Assembly (NCBI GenBank): GCA_040388415.1
Contig: JAZKBV010000004.1
Coordinates: 24,069-88,068, forward strand
DNA from: Patescibacteria group bacterium
GTDB taxonomy: Bacteria > Patescibacteriota > Minisyncoccia > Phycocordibacterales > PALSA-1337
Length of the DNA: 64,000 bases
Direction: 5' to 3'
Positions 18,426-28,263 of the stretch are shown piece after piece. Numbering within the stretch: the first letter of the stretch is position 1; the number at the start of each line of letters is the position of its first letter. The notes beneath the pieces are model-generated. The model saw only the letters and a list, made by a program, of their open reading frames with translations. It did not search any database and was not told the DNA's origin. A program made the translations under genes and the position numbers.

Positions 18426-19676
18426 TTGAATAAAAATACACGTATGAATACTAAGAATAAAAAGCCTCAAGATAGTAAATTTATTCCCTACGACCATCTC
18501 GACAAGATCGGTGAGACAAGCATCTATTACGGTTTTACGCCGACAAAGAGCCCCGTCATCACCAAAGCTGACCTTGATGCCGCAAAAGACATCATGGAGG
18601 GCGATCATATCGATGATGAATCTGAAAAGCATGGACGTCTCCCTCTCCATGCAGAGGAAAAGATAGCGATCATCCGTTCATATCATGAAGCGGGCTGGCA
18701 CGCTCAGCCTCAGCCAGTCATGTTGTATTTCAAAGACCCTTTCCGTGGTTCAATCAAAAAGAACGGCTATCATCGCTACGCCGATCTCGAAATCATCGGT
18801 TCATCTGGTTCTATTGCGGAAGCAACACTCATACAGACGACTCGCGCAATGCTCGCTGAAGAAGGCTATGTTGAAACTGCTGTTGAGATCAACTCGATCG
18901 GTGATCGTGATTCGATAGCCCGTTTTGCGCGCGAACTGACTGCGTATTACCGCAAACATATCAATGAAATGACTCCTGAGGCGCGTCAGATCCTCAAACG
19001 TGACCCATTTGAGCTCCTCTCATGGCACGATGAATCATGCACTGAGCTCAACGCCAAAGCGCCTCGTTCAATGGATTTCTTATCTGAAAGTAGCCGTCGT
19101 CACCTTGAGGAGATACTCGAATACTGTGAGACGCTCGGTATCCCCTACACCGTGAACAATAGTTTGATCGGAAATCGTAAATACTGCACAGAAACGATCA
19201 TCGCAATAGTCAACACTTCTACCAACAAAAAAGACCAGCGTTTGCTCGCAATCGGCGTTCGCTATAACGGTCTTGCAAAGCGCCTCAATATGAAGCGCGA
19301 TGTGCCAGGAGTAGGCATGTCCATGCTCGTCAAAGAGAGCAGTCCAGCGCTCCGAAAGTCTGTATCAAAGATGAAGCGCCCTATCGCATCGTTTGTTCAG
19401 CTTGGTATGGAATCAAAACTTGTCGCACTCAATGTTGTTGAACAGCTTCGCCAAGCAAAGATCCCGCTGTATCTCTGTCTCGCCAAAGATCGTCTCACCG
19501 CGCAAGTTTCTGCAAACGAAAAATTCCATATGCCCTACACAATAGTCATGGGAAAAAAGGAGGCGGTCGAGAAAACTGCTATCGTCCGAAATACTGATAC
19601 GCATGCCCAGAGCATCATCCCTCTCGATGAATTGTCGAAATATATGAAGAAGACCGAGGCTGACTATTGGGGGTAG
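18426..19676 (+). CDS. hisS: Histidyl-tRNA synthetase-like protein (divergent class II core plus HisRS-type anticodon-binding domain)
   Basis: FRGSIKKNGYHRYADLEIIGS is motif-2-like. The C-terminal anticodon-binding domain reads PIASFVQLGMESKLVALNVVEQLRQAKIPLY...MPYTIVMGKKE. Catalytic motifs are degenerate, so a HisZ-like paralog is not excluded. Confidence 0.6.
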   Translation: MNKNTRMNTKNKKPQDSKFIPYDHLDKIGETSIYYGFTPTKSPVITKADLDAAKDIMEGDHIDDESEKHGRLPLHAEEKIAIIRSYHEAGWHAQPQPVMLYFKDPFRGSIKKNGYHRYADLEIIGSSGSIAEATLIQTTRAMLAEEGYVETAVEINSIGDRDSIARFARELTAYYRKHINEMTPEARQILKRDPFELLSWHDESCTELNAKAPRSMDFLSESSRRHLEEILEYCETLGIPYTVNNSLIGNRKYCTETIIAIVNTSTNKKDQRLLAIGVRYNGLAKRLNMKRDVPGVGMSMLVKESSPALRKSVSKMKRPIASFVQLGMESKLVALNVVEQLRQAKIPLYLCLAKDRLTAQVSANEKFHMPYTIVMGKKEAVEKTAIVRNTDTHAQSIIPLDELSKYMKKTEADYWG

Positions 19677-19724
19677 GCGCATCTATTGCACCCAAATAAA
19701 ACCTGTGTTATCCTAGTAGCCTAT

Positions 19725-19973
19725 ATGATAAACGTAGAAATAACCCGCAACCCAAACGAGAACGCCCTTGGTGTCCTCCGCCGTTTTAGCAGAAAAGTCC
19801 AGAGTTCTGGCGTCATCAACCGCAAGCGTTCGCTTCGTTATGCTACGCGCACTCAGTCTCCTTACAAGATCAAGCAAAAGACTCTCAAGTCTATTGTCCG
19901 CAAAGCCGCTCTCGCTGAGCTCGTCAAACAAGGCAAGGCTCCAGTCAAACCAGAACGCCCAGGACGCAAATAA
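19725..19973 (+). CDS. rpsU: 30S ribosomal protein S21
   Basis: VEITRNPNENALGVLRRFSRKVQSSGV...RKRSLRYATR matches the S21 pattern. Start taken at MINVEI. Confidence 0.75.
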   Translation: MINVEITRNPNENALGVLRRFSRKVQSSGVINRKRSLRYATRTQSPYKIKQKTLKSIVRKAALAELVKQGKAPVKPERPGRK

Positions 19974-19979
19974 GAGTAG

Positions 19980-20354
19980 ATGTTCACTCTCATCAACGAA
20001 ACAAAAGAAAAGATACCTCGTGTCGAATTTGAGGCTATTAAAGACGAGATTCTTGGTGCAGATTATGTCTTGAATGTTATCATCACCACTTCGGAGAACA
20101 TAAAGAAATTAAATACTATTTATCGAAACAAGGAGCATGCTACAGATATCTTGAGTTTTCCTCTATCAGACACTGAAGGAGAGATCTACATCTCAACCAA
20201 AGAGACCAAAGAAGAGGCGAAGAAATTCGATCGTCCTTACGAGAACTTTTTTCCTTTTCTATTCATTCACGGTTGTACACATTTGAAAGGACACGACCAT
20301 GGGGCTATAATGGAGGGTATAGAAGTCAAAGCACGCGAAAAATTCGGTATATAG
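19980..20354 (+). CDS. ybeY: rRNA maturation RNase YbeY
   Basis: HGCTHLKGHDHG zinc-binding motif (H..H.....H). Confidence 0.85.
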   Translation: MFTLINETKEKIPRVEFEAIKDEILGADYVLNVIITTSENIKKLNTIYRNKEHATDILSFPLSDTEGEIYISTKETKEEAKKFDRPYENFFPFLFIHGCTHLKGHDHGAIMEGIEVKAREKFGI

Positions 20355-20376
20355 CTTTGTCTTTTGACCTAACTCC

Positions 20377-21564
20377 ATGTCCAGAAACATCATCACAGGC
20401 ATCGACGTCGGAACATACCATGTAAAGGTCGTGATCGCTGATTCGCGTGAAAAAAATGAAAAAGGCCTCCCCAAAATCATTGGCGCGGGCATGGCCGATA
20501 GTCACGGCCTCCGTCATGGCTATGTCACAAATGTAAAAGATGTCGCTGAAAGCATCAAGCGCGCTCTTGCACAAGCAGAAGAAAAAGCTGGCATCAAAGT
20601 CAAAAAGGCTTTTGTTGGCGTGAGTGGTATTGGTTTGTCGGGCGTAACTATCACCAGCTCGATCATGACGTCACGTGCTGATGCTGAGATCACCGACATC
20701 GACCTTACAAAGCTTCAGGAGCAGTGCGAAAAGGATATCCCTCGCTCCTCTATCGCTAATAGGCGCATCGTACATAGTATCCCCGTTCAATACACTATCG
20801 ACGGCACTCCCGCTCTCGGCAATCCAAAAGGGCTCACGGGCAACAAAATAGAACTTACGACCCTTTTCATCACTTCGCTTGATCATCATGTCGCTGACCT
20901 TATCCAAGCAGTCAATGAAGCCGGTCTCCAAGTCGAGGATATCATGGCATCACCTATCGTTGCTGGATTCGTTACGCTTTCAAAGTCGCAAAAGATCGCC
21001 GGCTGCGTCCTCGCCAACATTGGTGCCGAAACGGTCTCAATCGCCGTATTTGAAAATAATATCCCTACCTCACTCGAAGTCTTTCCGATCGGTTCAACTG
21101 ACATCACCAATGATATCGCTCTCGGCCTCAAAGTTCCTCTGGAGGAAGCAGAGCAGATCAAGATCGGTGCCATCACTGGCAGCTCATATCCTCGTAAAAA
21201 GCTTGAGGAAATCATTAGTGCGCGTGTATCTGATATGTTCGAGCTCATAGAAGCACACCTCAAAAAAATCGGCCGTAACGGTCTCCTTCCAGCCGGCATC
21301 ATCATTACCGGTGGCGGTTCCGGCATGCATTCTATCGACGATATGGCACGTATATCACTTCGTCTACCTTCACGCATCGGCTCAATCACTGATACGACAA
21401 ATGGCGCAAAGACTTCATTCAAAGATGGCACATGGGCGGTTGCATACGGATTGTGCATCTGGGGACTTCATGCTGATGAAGGACCAGAAATTGATGGCAC
21501 AAAGATATTTTTCACTCACCTCTGGAAAGCTGCCACACGTTGGATTAAGCAGTTTTTACCTTAA
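20377..21564 (+). CDS. ftsA: Cell division protein FtsA
   Basis: Actin-fold N-terminus ITGIDVGTYHVKVVIA. Size and synteny upstream of ftsZ. Confidence 0.9.
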   Translation: MSRNIITGIDVGTYHVKVVIADSREKNEKGLPKIIGAGMADSHGLRHGYVTNVKDVAESIKRALAQAEEKAGIKVKKAFVGVSGIGLSGVTITSSIMTSRADAEITDIDLTKLQEQCEKDIPRSSIANRRIVHSIPVQYTIDGTPALGNPKGLTGNKIELTTLFITSLDHHVADLIQAVNEAGLQVEDIMASPIVAGFVTLSKSQKIAGCVLANIGAETVSIAVFENNIPTSLEVFPIGSTDITNDIALGLKVPLEEAEQIKIGAITGSSYPRKKLEEIISARVSDMFELIEAHLKKIGRNGLLPAGIIITGGGSGMHSIDDMARISLRLPSRIGSITDTTNGAKTSFKDGTWAVAYGLCIWGLHADEGPEIDGTKIFFTHLWKAATRWIKQFLP

Positions 21565-21573
21565 TACATATAC

Positions 21574-21948
21574 ATGAGAACGTACCTCTCAGCATTGGTT
21601 GCCCTAGTTGTTTTATTTATTGCCCACATACTAGGTAATTCATTTGATTTCTACACGCGCATCACTGGATATGACATACCCATGCATATTCTTGGTGGTA
21701 TCGGCATTGGATTTTCTATCGTCGCAGTACTTCGCTCATGCACATTTAAAATTGATAGTCGCTATTGGGTGGCTATCATATTTGTTTTTATCGGCGGATT
21801 CTTGTGGGAATTATTCGAGGCGTACTATGGCATAGCCGGAGCACCAGTAGGAACTAAGGCGTACTACATCGATACTATAAAAGATCTATTCGATGACACG
21901 CTCGGCGGACTTCTCGTTGTCTACATAGAGAAGCACAGAAAAAAATAA
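21574..21948 (+). CDS. Hypothetical membrane protein between ftsA and ftsZ
   Basis: 124 aa with 3-4 hydrophobic helices. No recognisable family. Confidence 0.45.
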   Translation: MRTYLSALVALVVLFIAHILGNSFDFYTRITGYDIPMHILGGIGIGFSIVAVLRSCTFKIDSRYWVAIIFVFIGGFLWELFEAYYGIAGAPVGTKAYYIDTIKDLFDDTLGGLLVVYIEKHRKK

Positions 21949-22113
21949 TCTGTCAATGATAGCGACGCCTTGCACACAAGCTATAACTTGATATGATACT
22001 AGGCATATTCAGCTGTTTAGAGACTGCTTGCCCCCAACGCCACTAATCAAGATTGGCGTACGGATTGTGCTGTCTTCACTTTTACTTTTAACCTTAAACC
22101 TTAAACTACCTTC

Positions 22114-23343
22114 ATGCCCCACATCACTCCCGACATCGAGACATTCGCACGCATCAAAGTCCTTGGCGTGGGCGGTTCAGGTCGCAATGCGGTCAATCAC
22201 ATGATCACCGCAAAGGTTAAAGGCGTAGATTTTATCGTCGTCAACACTGATGCGCAAGATTTGCACGGTTCGCTCGCAAAAAAGAAGATCCATATCGGTA
22301 AAAATCTCACTCGTGGTCTTGGTACAGGCATGAATCCAGACCTTGGTCGCCGCGCAGCAGAAGAGACTCGTGATGAAGTTCAAGACGCTATCAAAGGCGC
22401 AGATATGGTTTTTGTCACCTGTGGTATGGGTGGTGGCACTGGTAGTGGCGCATCTCCGATGGTTGCCCGTATCGCCAAAGAGCTCGGCTGTCTCACAGTC
22501 GGCGTCGTCACCAAGCCATTCTTCTTTGAAGGACGCCAGCGCACTCGTATCGCAGATACAGCGCTTGAAGAGCTCAAAAAAGAAGTTGATGCTATCATCG
22601 TCGTACCGAACGACCGCCTTCTCTCTACGGTTGGTAAAGACACAACAGTAAAGAACGCGTTCGGCATGTGCGATGAGATACTCCGTCATGCTGTCGAAGG
22701 TATTTCAGACCTCATCACTACACCTGGTTTGATCAATATCGACTTTGCTGACATCAGAACAATCATGGAGAACGCTGGCTCAGCGCTCATGGGCATAGGC
22801 TCTGCTACCGGTGAAAATCGCGCTATAGAAGCAGCCAAGGCCGCTATCAACAGTCCACTCCTCGATGTGTCGATCACTGGCGCAAAGGGCGTACTCTTTT
22901 CGATCGCTGGCGGTGAAGACCTTACCATGTTTGAAATCCAAGATGCCGCAAAGGTCATCACAGAATCTATCGACCCTGAAGCCAAGATCATATTCGGTAC
23001 TGTTCGTGATGATAAGCTCAAAAAGAACGAGGTCCGCGTCACTGTTATCGCTACCGGTTTCCCTGAAACAAATACTTCGAAGACCACTACAAATACTCCT
23101 GCTCAGGAATCCCCTATCAGTGCTCTTTCAAAAGGATCTGACAGACCTGTGAACAAGGGTGGCATCGTCAATTCAGCTGGCAAGATATTCAATACACTTT
23201 CTGCCTCTGACAGCCGTAAGGAAACACCTTTACCGATAAAATCCGCCGACTCAGTCATTCGAAAAGAAGTGAAGCCCGAGACGAACGATGATGACGATTG
23301 GGGTGCAGTGCCCGCATTCTTGAGGAGATCACGATTGAAATAA
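22114..23343 (+). CDS. ftsZ: Cell division protein FtsZ
   Basis: GVGGSGRNAV, the GGGTGSGASP tubulin signature, and a C-terminal disordered tail. Confidence 0.95.
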   Translation: MPHITPDIETFARIKVLGVGGSGRNAVNHMITAKVKGVDFIVVNTDAQDLHGSLAKKKIHIGKNLTRGLGTGMNPDLGRRAAEETRDEVQDAIKGADMVFVTCGMGGGTGSGASPMVARIAKELGCLTVGVVTKPFFFEGRQRTRIADTALEELKKEVDAIIVVPNDRLLSTVGKDTTVKNAFGMCDEILRHAVEGISDLITTPGLINIDFADIRTIMENAGSALMGIGSATGENRAIEAAKAAINSPLLDVSITGAKGVLFSIAGGEDLTMFEIQDAAKVITESIDPEAKIIFGTVRDDKLKKNEVRVTVIATGFPETNTSKTTTNTPAQESPISALSKGSDRPVNKGGIVNSAGKIFNTLSASDSRKETPLPIKSADSVIRKEVKPETNDDDDWGAVPAFLRRSRLK

Positions 23344-23391
23344 GCTCAAAAAAACCGGATAAATTCCGGTTTTTTATTTGATGTAAAATAT

Positions 23392-24963
23392 TTAGTCAAT
23401 CAAGGGTAACATGATCATAAACGTCGTTCCCTTGCCTTCCCCACCTGATTCAACGGTTATTTTGCCACGATGACGCTCGATGATATGTTTTGAAAGATAC
23501 AAGCCGATACCCATGCCTTCAGTATCTGCCTTTCTTCCATTTTCCGCACGATAAAACTTAGTGAATATATATTTTATCTCCTCTTTTGGAATACCAATGC
23601 CCGTATCGCTGATGCGTATCGTCAGTCTATTTCCTTTAAATCTGCCACTACTGCTTTCTACAGCGACCGTAACTTTCCCGCCAGCGGGAGTGTAGCTCAA
23701 CGCATTATCCATGAGCGTCTGAAAGACGAATTTTATCTTTTGTTCATCACCAAAAACATAGAAAGGCAGCTGCTGTTTATATACGATATCGATATTCTTC
23801 GCGGAAGACTTTTTTATTGTTTCTTCCACGCATTTATTGAGCAACAAGCCAACATCAATATTTGTAAATATATATTCATAACTCTTATCATCTGAACCGG
23901 ATAGATTTGAGAGCAGCGTCGTAAGCTCAACGAGACGTTCATTTGCTACTTCGATGTCCTGCAGATCATCTTTAATATTTTCGGGAGCTATTTCCTTGAG
24001 ATTCTCTGTTATCCACTTGATAGACGTGAGTGGCGTGCGGAATTTATGTGTCACCACATTCATGAACTCATACTTGAGCACATCTGCTTCACGTGCCTTA
24101 TTCCAGATCAATGAAACTGCCAAAGCAGTGAGACATGCCAAGATAATTGACGCAACCCAGTTAGGAAAATTTGGGTACATGGCTATCATGACTGTATTGA
24201 AATAATTCAGTCCGCTCAACATGAGACCAATGAACGCTGCTACAACCGCGTATACCAGAGCTTTTTTTGCCACCACAGATATGCTCATCAGTTCGTACTG
24301 CAAAGCCGCGTAGGTATACGGGATGACCGAAAGCGGAACGAAGAGAAAACCGATGAGTGGATCAATCGGAATATCATATATCAATAAGAAATCGATCGAA
24401 CCAATGGTATAGCCGAAAAAGAGAGCAAGAAAGAAGTACTTTATTCTGTTTTTCTCGATGCCGTTTGAGATGGCATACACCCCCCTCATCCATACCAAGA
24501 AATACACTGTAAGGAGGAAAAAGAATAGGAGCATGACCCAGTAGTAAGGTCCGGGAACATAATAATTTGGGAAATAGAGCTTGGGCATTGACGTGAGCAG
24601 AAACAAACTTGGCTTGATGATAAATATCGTAGCCATAGCAATAGCGATGCTATAGCACACGATGAGGACTTTTCTCTGGCTACGATTTTTTTCAAGGAGC
24701 GCGAATACAGAATGAGCGCTGAACAACGGTAAAAAGATGTCCACAAGATTGAACATCAGTATCTTGCGAGACAATTCACCATCCTGAACCATGACACCGA
24801 GAGCATGCGACACAACAAAGATGATGACACATACCCACGTCATGATGAGCGTGTATTTTGAAGCGCCTGGCTTTGCTTTGAAAGCAATCAGGCCTATGAG
24901 AAATACTACAAGGAGCACATCGATCGAGTACGCGACAGTGTGAAGCAAGAGATGAATATTCAT
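23392..24963 (-). CDS. Multi-TM sensor histidine kinase (orphan, no adjacent response regulator)
   Basis: About 8 N-terminal TM helices. HisKA H-box THKFRTPLTSIKW. HATPase_c boxes include ISDTGIGIP and GMGIGLYLSK. Confidence 0.8.
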   Translation of the reverse strand: MNIHLLLHTVAYSIDVLLVVFLIGLIAFKAKPGASKYTLIMTWVCVIIFVVSHALGVMVQDGELSRKILMFNLVDIFLPLFSAHSVFALLEKNRSQRKVLIVCYSIAIAMATIFIIKPSLFLLTSMPKLYFPNYYVPGPYYWVMLLFFFLLTVYFLVWMRGVYAISNGIEKNRIKYFFLALFFGYTIGSIDFLLIYDIPIDPLIGFLFVPLSVIPYTYAALQYELMSISVVAKKALVYAVVAAFIGLMLSGLNYFNTVMIAMYPNFPNWVASIILACLTALAVSLIWNKAREADVLKYEFMNVVTHKFRTPLTSIKWITENLKEIAPENIKDDLQDIEVANERLVELTTLLSNLSGSDDKSYEYIFTNIDVGLLLNKCVEETIKKSSAKNIDIVYKQQLPFYVFGDEQKIKFVFQTLMDNALSYTPAGGKVTVAVESSSGRFKGNRLTIRISDTGIGIPKEEIKYIFTKFYRAENGRKADTEGMGIGLYLSKHIIERHRGKITVESGGEGKGTTFMIMLPLID

Positions 24964-25030
24964 TTACACTATTATACCATCAATTTGAGATTCTACTGAA
25001 TCGAACCTGTGATATACTATTTCCACTATT

Positions 25031-25969
25031 ATGATATACGACCTCGCAATCATCGGTGGTGGACCTGCAGGTGCAGCTGGAGCAGTCTATGCGGCACGCA
25101 AGCGTCTCAAAACCGTCGTCATTACAAAAGACTGGCTCGGCCAGAGCAACGTTTCTGAAAAGATAGAAAACTGGGTGGGTACTGTGGCTATCTCTGGATT
25201 TGAATTGTCACAAAGCCTTGAAAAACATGCAAAAGCATATGGCACTGACGTGCTTGAGTTCGTCGAGGGACAATATGTAACAAAAGTTACAAGTAACAAG
25301 GGACAAGGCCAAAGCAAAACTACGTTTACTGTTACAACAGAAAAGGGTTCGTACGAGGCTCGTGCTGTCCTTGTAACTGCTGGCAGCCGTCGACGCAAGC
25401 TCGATGTTCCTGGTGCTGATATCTTTGAGCACAAAGGTCTTACGTACTGCGCTACCTGCGACGGACCGCTCTATGGTGACCAAGACGTCATCGTCGTTGG
25501 TGGAGGCAATGCGGGCTTCGAGAGCGCATCTCAGCTCCTCGCCTACTGCAAGAGCGTTACCCTTTTGAGCAGAAGTGAGTTCAAAGCTGATCCAGGCACC
25601 GTAGAAGCTGTTTCAAAGAATCCTAAGTTCAAAGGTATCGAGTTCGCTGTGCCAACAGAGGTCAAAGGCGACAAATTCCTCACATCACTCGTATATCGTG
25701 ATACCAAAGCAAACATAGACGTTGAACTCAAAGTCACGGGCGTATTCGCTGAGATAGGCTCTGTACCTAATACCGATTTTATCAAAGATGTCGCTGTACT
25801 CGACCAGTATAACCACGTCACTGTAGACGCAAAAAACCAGCGCGCTTCAACAGAAGGTGTCTGGGCGGCTGGTGATTGCACTGATGGTCTCTATCATCAA
25901 AACAACATCGCTGCTGGTGATGCAGTTAAGGCAATAGAAGACATCTATATTTGGTTACAAAAGAATTAA
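25031..25969 (+). CDS. trxB: Thioredoxin reductase
   Basis: GGGPAGAAGAVYAAR FAD motif. CATCDG redox-active site. VVGGGNAG NADPH motif. Confidence 0.9.
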   Translation: MIYDLAIIGGGPAGAAGAVYAARKRLKTVVITKDWLGQSNVSEKIENWVGTVAISGFELSQSLEKHAKAYGTDVLEFVEGQYVTKVTSNKGQGQSKTTFTVTTEKGSYEARAVLVTAGSRRRKLDVPGADIFEHKGLTYCATCDGPLYGDQDVIVVGGGNAGFESASQLLAYCKSVTLLSRSEFKADPGTVEAVSKNPKFKGIEFAVPTEVKGDKFLTSLVYRDTKANIDVELKVTGVFAEIGSVPNTDFIKDVAVLDQYNHVTVDAKNQRASTEGVWAAGDCTDGLYHQNNIAAGDAVKAIEDIYIWLQKN

Positions 25970-25974
25970 GCTAT

Positions 25975-26553
25975 TTATTCTTTACAACTTCCCCACAACC
26001 CCTTCCCTGATTTCCTTGCTGTTAACTCATCTTCTTTGAAGATTTTTTGATACTGATACGGGTTTTTCACGTTGAAGGTATATTCTCTTCCGTACCCTTC
26101 TCTAATCAGATAATTATTCACAAAGAGCGTATCTACCCACACATACGCAAGCAGGCGACCGAACTTATCTGTGCGCTCATAATTTTTGTTTATAGCCACA
26201 AAAACATTCTTTCCAGTTAATAGCTTCTTCGACTCTTCTGATGCCTCTGTACCGAAACATTCGACTGGTTTGCGTGGATCAATAACTTCAGGTGTATTCA
26301 CACCGAGCAAACGAGTTGTGATGTCATGCCCTGCAATATGGATTTTAAGCGTATCTCCATCAACTACTTCAGCTACCGGATAGAGCATATGTGGATCAAT
26401 AGGCACCGTAAGCGCCCATGAAGCGGATTTTTTCTTACCATTTCCTATAACGCTCTTTTTATATTCATTCCCAAACATCATTGCCACGCTCGCACTGATC
26501 AAACCTACGCACAAAACAACGATCACCATGATCTTTTTATACTTTCTAAACAT
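25975..26553 (-). CDS. Membrane-anchored thermonuclease (SNase-like) homolog
   Basis: VVDGDTLKI...TRLLGVNTPE...GTEASE...GRLLAYVW, the staphylococcal-nuclease pattern. N-terminal TM anchor. Confidence 0.7.
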   Translation of the reverse strand: MFRKYKKIMVIVVLCVGLISASVAMMFGNEYKKSVIGNGKKKSASWALTVPIDPHMLYPVAEVVDGDTLKIHIAGHDITTRLLGVNTPEVIDPRKPVECFGTEASEESKKLLTGKNVFVAINKNYERTDKFGRLLAYVWVDTLFVNNYLIREGYGREYTFNVKNPYQYQKIFKEDELTARKSGKGLWGSCKE

Positions 26554-26604
26554 ATGTAGTTGTACATCACCACCAATGCACGCTCTTCACCTAACTCTAA
26601 ATTG

Positions 26605-26691
26605 CGGAGAGGGAGGGATTTGAACCCTCGAGGAGCTTACGCCCCTGCTGGTTTTCGAAACCAGTGCCTTCAACCACTCAGCCACCTCTCC
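26605..26691 (-). tRNA. tRNA-Ser (anticodon CGA)
   Basis: The reverse complement folds with acceptor GGAGAGG/CCTCTCC, anticodon loop TTCGAAA, and a long variable arm. Confidence 0.8.
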
Positions 26692-26732
26692 AGCAGTTAC
26701 CCGAGGATATTACCTTACCATTTTTTGGAGTT

Positions 26733-26767
26733 TTGTAAATTAACATAAATATGATAGTATCTTTTTT
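26733..26767 (+). promoter_or_regulatory. Sigma70-like promoter for tRNA-Glu
   Basis: TTGTAA, a 16-nt spacer, then TAGTAT, ending about 5 nt before the tRNA 5' end. Coordinates are approximate. Confidence 0.55.
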
Positions 26768-26770
26768 ATT

Positions 26771-26842
26771 GGCCCTATCGTCTAACGGTTAGGACACCGC
26801 CTTTTCAAGGCAGTAATCGGGGTTCGATTCCCCGTAGGGCTA
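26771..26842 (+). tRNA. tRNA-Glu (anticodon TTC)
   Basis: GGCCCTATCGTCTAACGGTTAGGACACCGCCTTTTCAAGGCAG...GGTTCGATTCC. Matches the bacterial tRNA-Glu consensus. Confidence 0.85.
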
Positions 26843-27069
26843 CACGAACAAAGTGAGTGGAGACCGTAAGCTCGTGCCTGCGCACGAGCGTCGGGGAATC
26901 GAAAAGGCTCTCCCATATTTTCGAGGAGCTTTGCTCTGAGAAAATGGGAAGCCTGCACTGCGCCTGTAAGGCGAGATTCCTAGCAAGCCGAGACCTGTGA
27001 CTGATTCTACAAATAAAAACCACGCGCAGTCAGAAGACATACGCGCGGGTGATTGAGTGGGTGAGTTAT

Positions 27070-27180
27070 TCAGCTCCGGTTACGTTTGAGCACCGAGGCT
27101 ACAATGCAAGCAAGACCGATGATGAGAACTCCAACAACCAAAACTCCTGGCAAGGTGACATGGAGGGACATAATGTGCAT
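27070..27180 (-). CDS. Candidate 36-aa single-TM small membrane peptide
   Basis: Reads MHIMSLHVTLPGVLVVGVLIIGLACIVASVLKRNRS. An AAAGGAAA RBS-like sequence sits 5 nt upstream. An intrinsic terminator (CCACGCGC...GCGCGTGG plus T-run, 27012-27050) follows on the same strand. It is not in the ORF track because it is under 60 aa. Confidence 0.3.
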   Translation of the reverse strand: MHIMSLHVTLPGVLVVGVLIIGLACIVASVLKRNRS

Positions 27181-27376
27181 AAATTTCCTTTCGTTGGTTT
27201 TTCGACCTACAGCCAATTATAACATAGTATAATAAGCATGTAAATAGGCATTCTGTGGACAATTTGTTCCAGATACCATATATCCTAGCTATTTTCTCTG
27301 TACCATGCTATTATCATAAACCTAGTGGAAATAGCTCTCTAACGTCGAATTTCTTCAAATTAAAGCAAACAATAAC

Positions 27377-27574
27377 ATGACAGGAACAATCAAGACTCTC
27401 ACAGACAAAGGATTCGGTTTCATTGCTCGCGAAGGCGAAGCAAAGGACCTCTTCTTTCACTCAAACGATCTTTCAGGCGTTACTTTCAACGAACTCCAGG
27501 TTGGTGATACACTCAACTTCGAAGTAGTTGATGGCCAGAAAGGCCCTAGTGCAAAGAACGTAACACGCGTTTAG
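27377..27574 (+). CDS. cspA: Cold-shock protein (CspA family)
   Basis: GTIKTLTDKGFGFIAREGEAKDLFFH RNP motifs. 65 aa. Terminator at 27598-27627 (AACCGCC cttgt GGCGGTT TTTTT). Confidence 0.9.
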   Translation: MTGTIKTLTDKGFGFIAREGEAKDLFFHSNDLSGVTFNELQVGDTLNFEVVDGQKGPSAKNVTRV

Positions 27575-27650
27575 TTACGCGGGCTATGCCCTTTAACAAA
27601 AAACCGCCCTTGTGGCGGTTTTTTGTTTGCACATATATACCTTGTTCTAA

Positions 27651-28040
27651 CTAATCATTCCAACCCAAGAGATTTGCATACCCGCGTGATGAAAAATCAT
27701 TAAAGAGAGCGACCTTTGTTACTGGGCCATAATATCCTACTGCTGGCGTAACATTGAGTCTAGCCTGATAGTTAACAACTGCGTTCTTTGTCATTGATCC
27801 GTAGTAGCCCAATGGAATGCCTGCTGGTACATTGAGATATCCCATCTCAGACAAAAGCGCCTGAAGCGTGACAACACTAGCCCCCGCCATGCCGACAGTA
27901 AGATTCTCACTTACGGTGATATTCTGAGTTTCAGCATGAGCTTGTGGAGCAAGGATAATGGCACCCATAACAAACGCGAGTGCAAATGCACTGCCTACTA
28001 CTACGCGAGATGAAGTGACTAATTGTATGATTTTATTCAT
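27651..28040 (-). CDS. Secreted peptidoglycan-binding-domain protein
   Basis: Signal peptide. PG_binding_1-like repeat VVTLQALLSEMGYL...GYYGSMTKNAVVNYQARLNV...GYYGPVTKVAL. Confidence 0.55.
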   Translation of the reverse strand: MNKIIQLVTSSRVVVGSAFALAFVMGAIILAPQAHAETQNITVSENLTVGMAGASVVTLQALLSEMGYLNVPAGIPLGYYGSMTKNAVVNYQARLNVTPAVGYYGPVTKVALFNDFSSRGYANLLGWND

Positions 28041-28263
28041 ATATTTATTATTGTTAGATTTATTAAAGTGAACTTTCAGCTATGATGTCGGTGGTAACGT
28101 AATATGATTACAGTGTCATGTCGTGCGCACCCTATCTATAATCCAAATACTGTGATACACTGTTAATTGACAACTATCTATTTGTTTAGCACAATATATA
28201 TACCTGTAATAACCCTCTCACTTCTACGGCATCGTACTGTCTTCATCACGATACTATCTCTTT

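Noticed and set aside
22177-23087. Minus-strand ORFs antisense to ftsZ (22177-22689, 22380-22667, 22686-23087)
   Set aside because: They are antisense to an unambiguous FtsZ frame. The GC-rich glycine codons of ftsZ generate long open antisense frames.
27080-27262. 60-aa minus-strand ORF from the track (MSTECLFTCLLYY...)
   Set aside because: It lies in a different frame from the RBS-preceded 36-codon ORF and runs through the intergenic promoter region with odd Cys/His-rich composition. The shorter 27070-27180 ORF is preferred, itself at low confidence.
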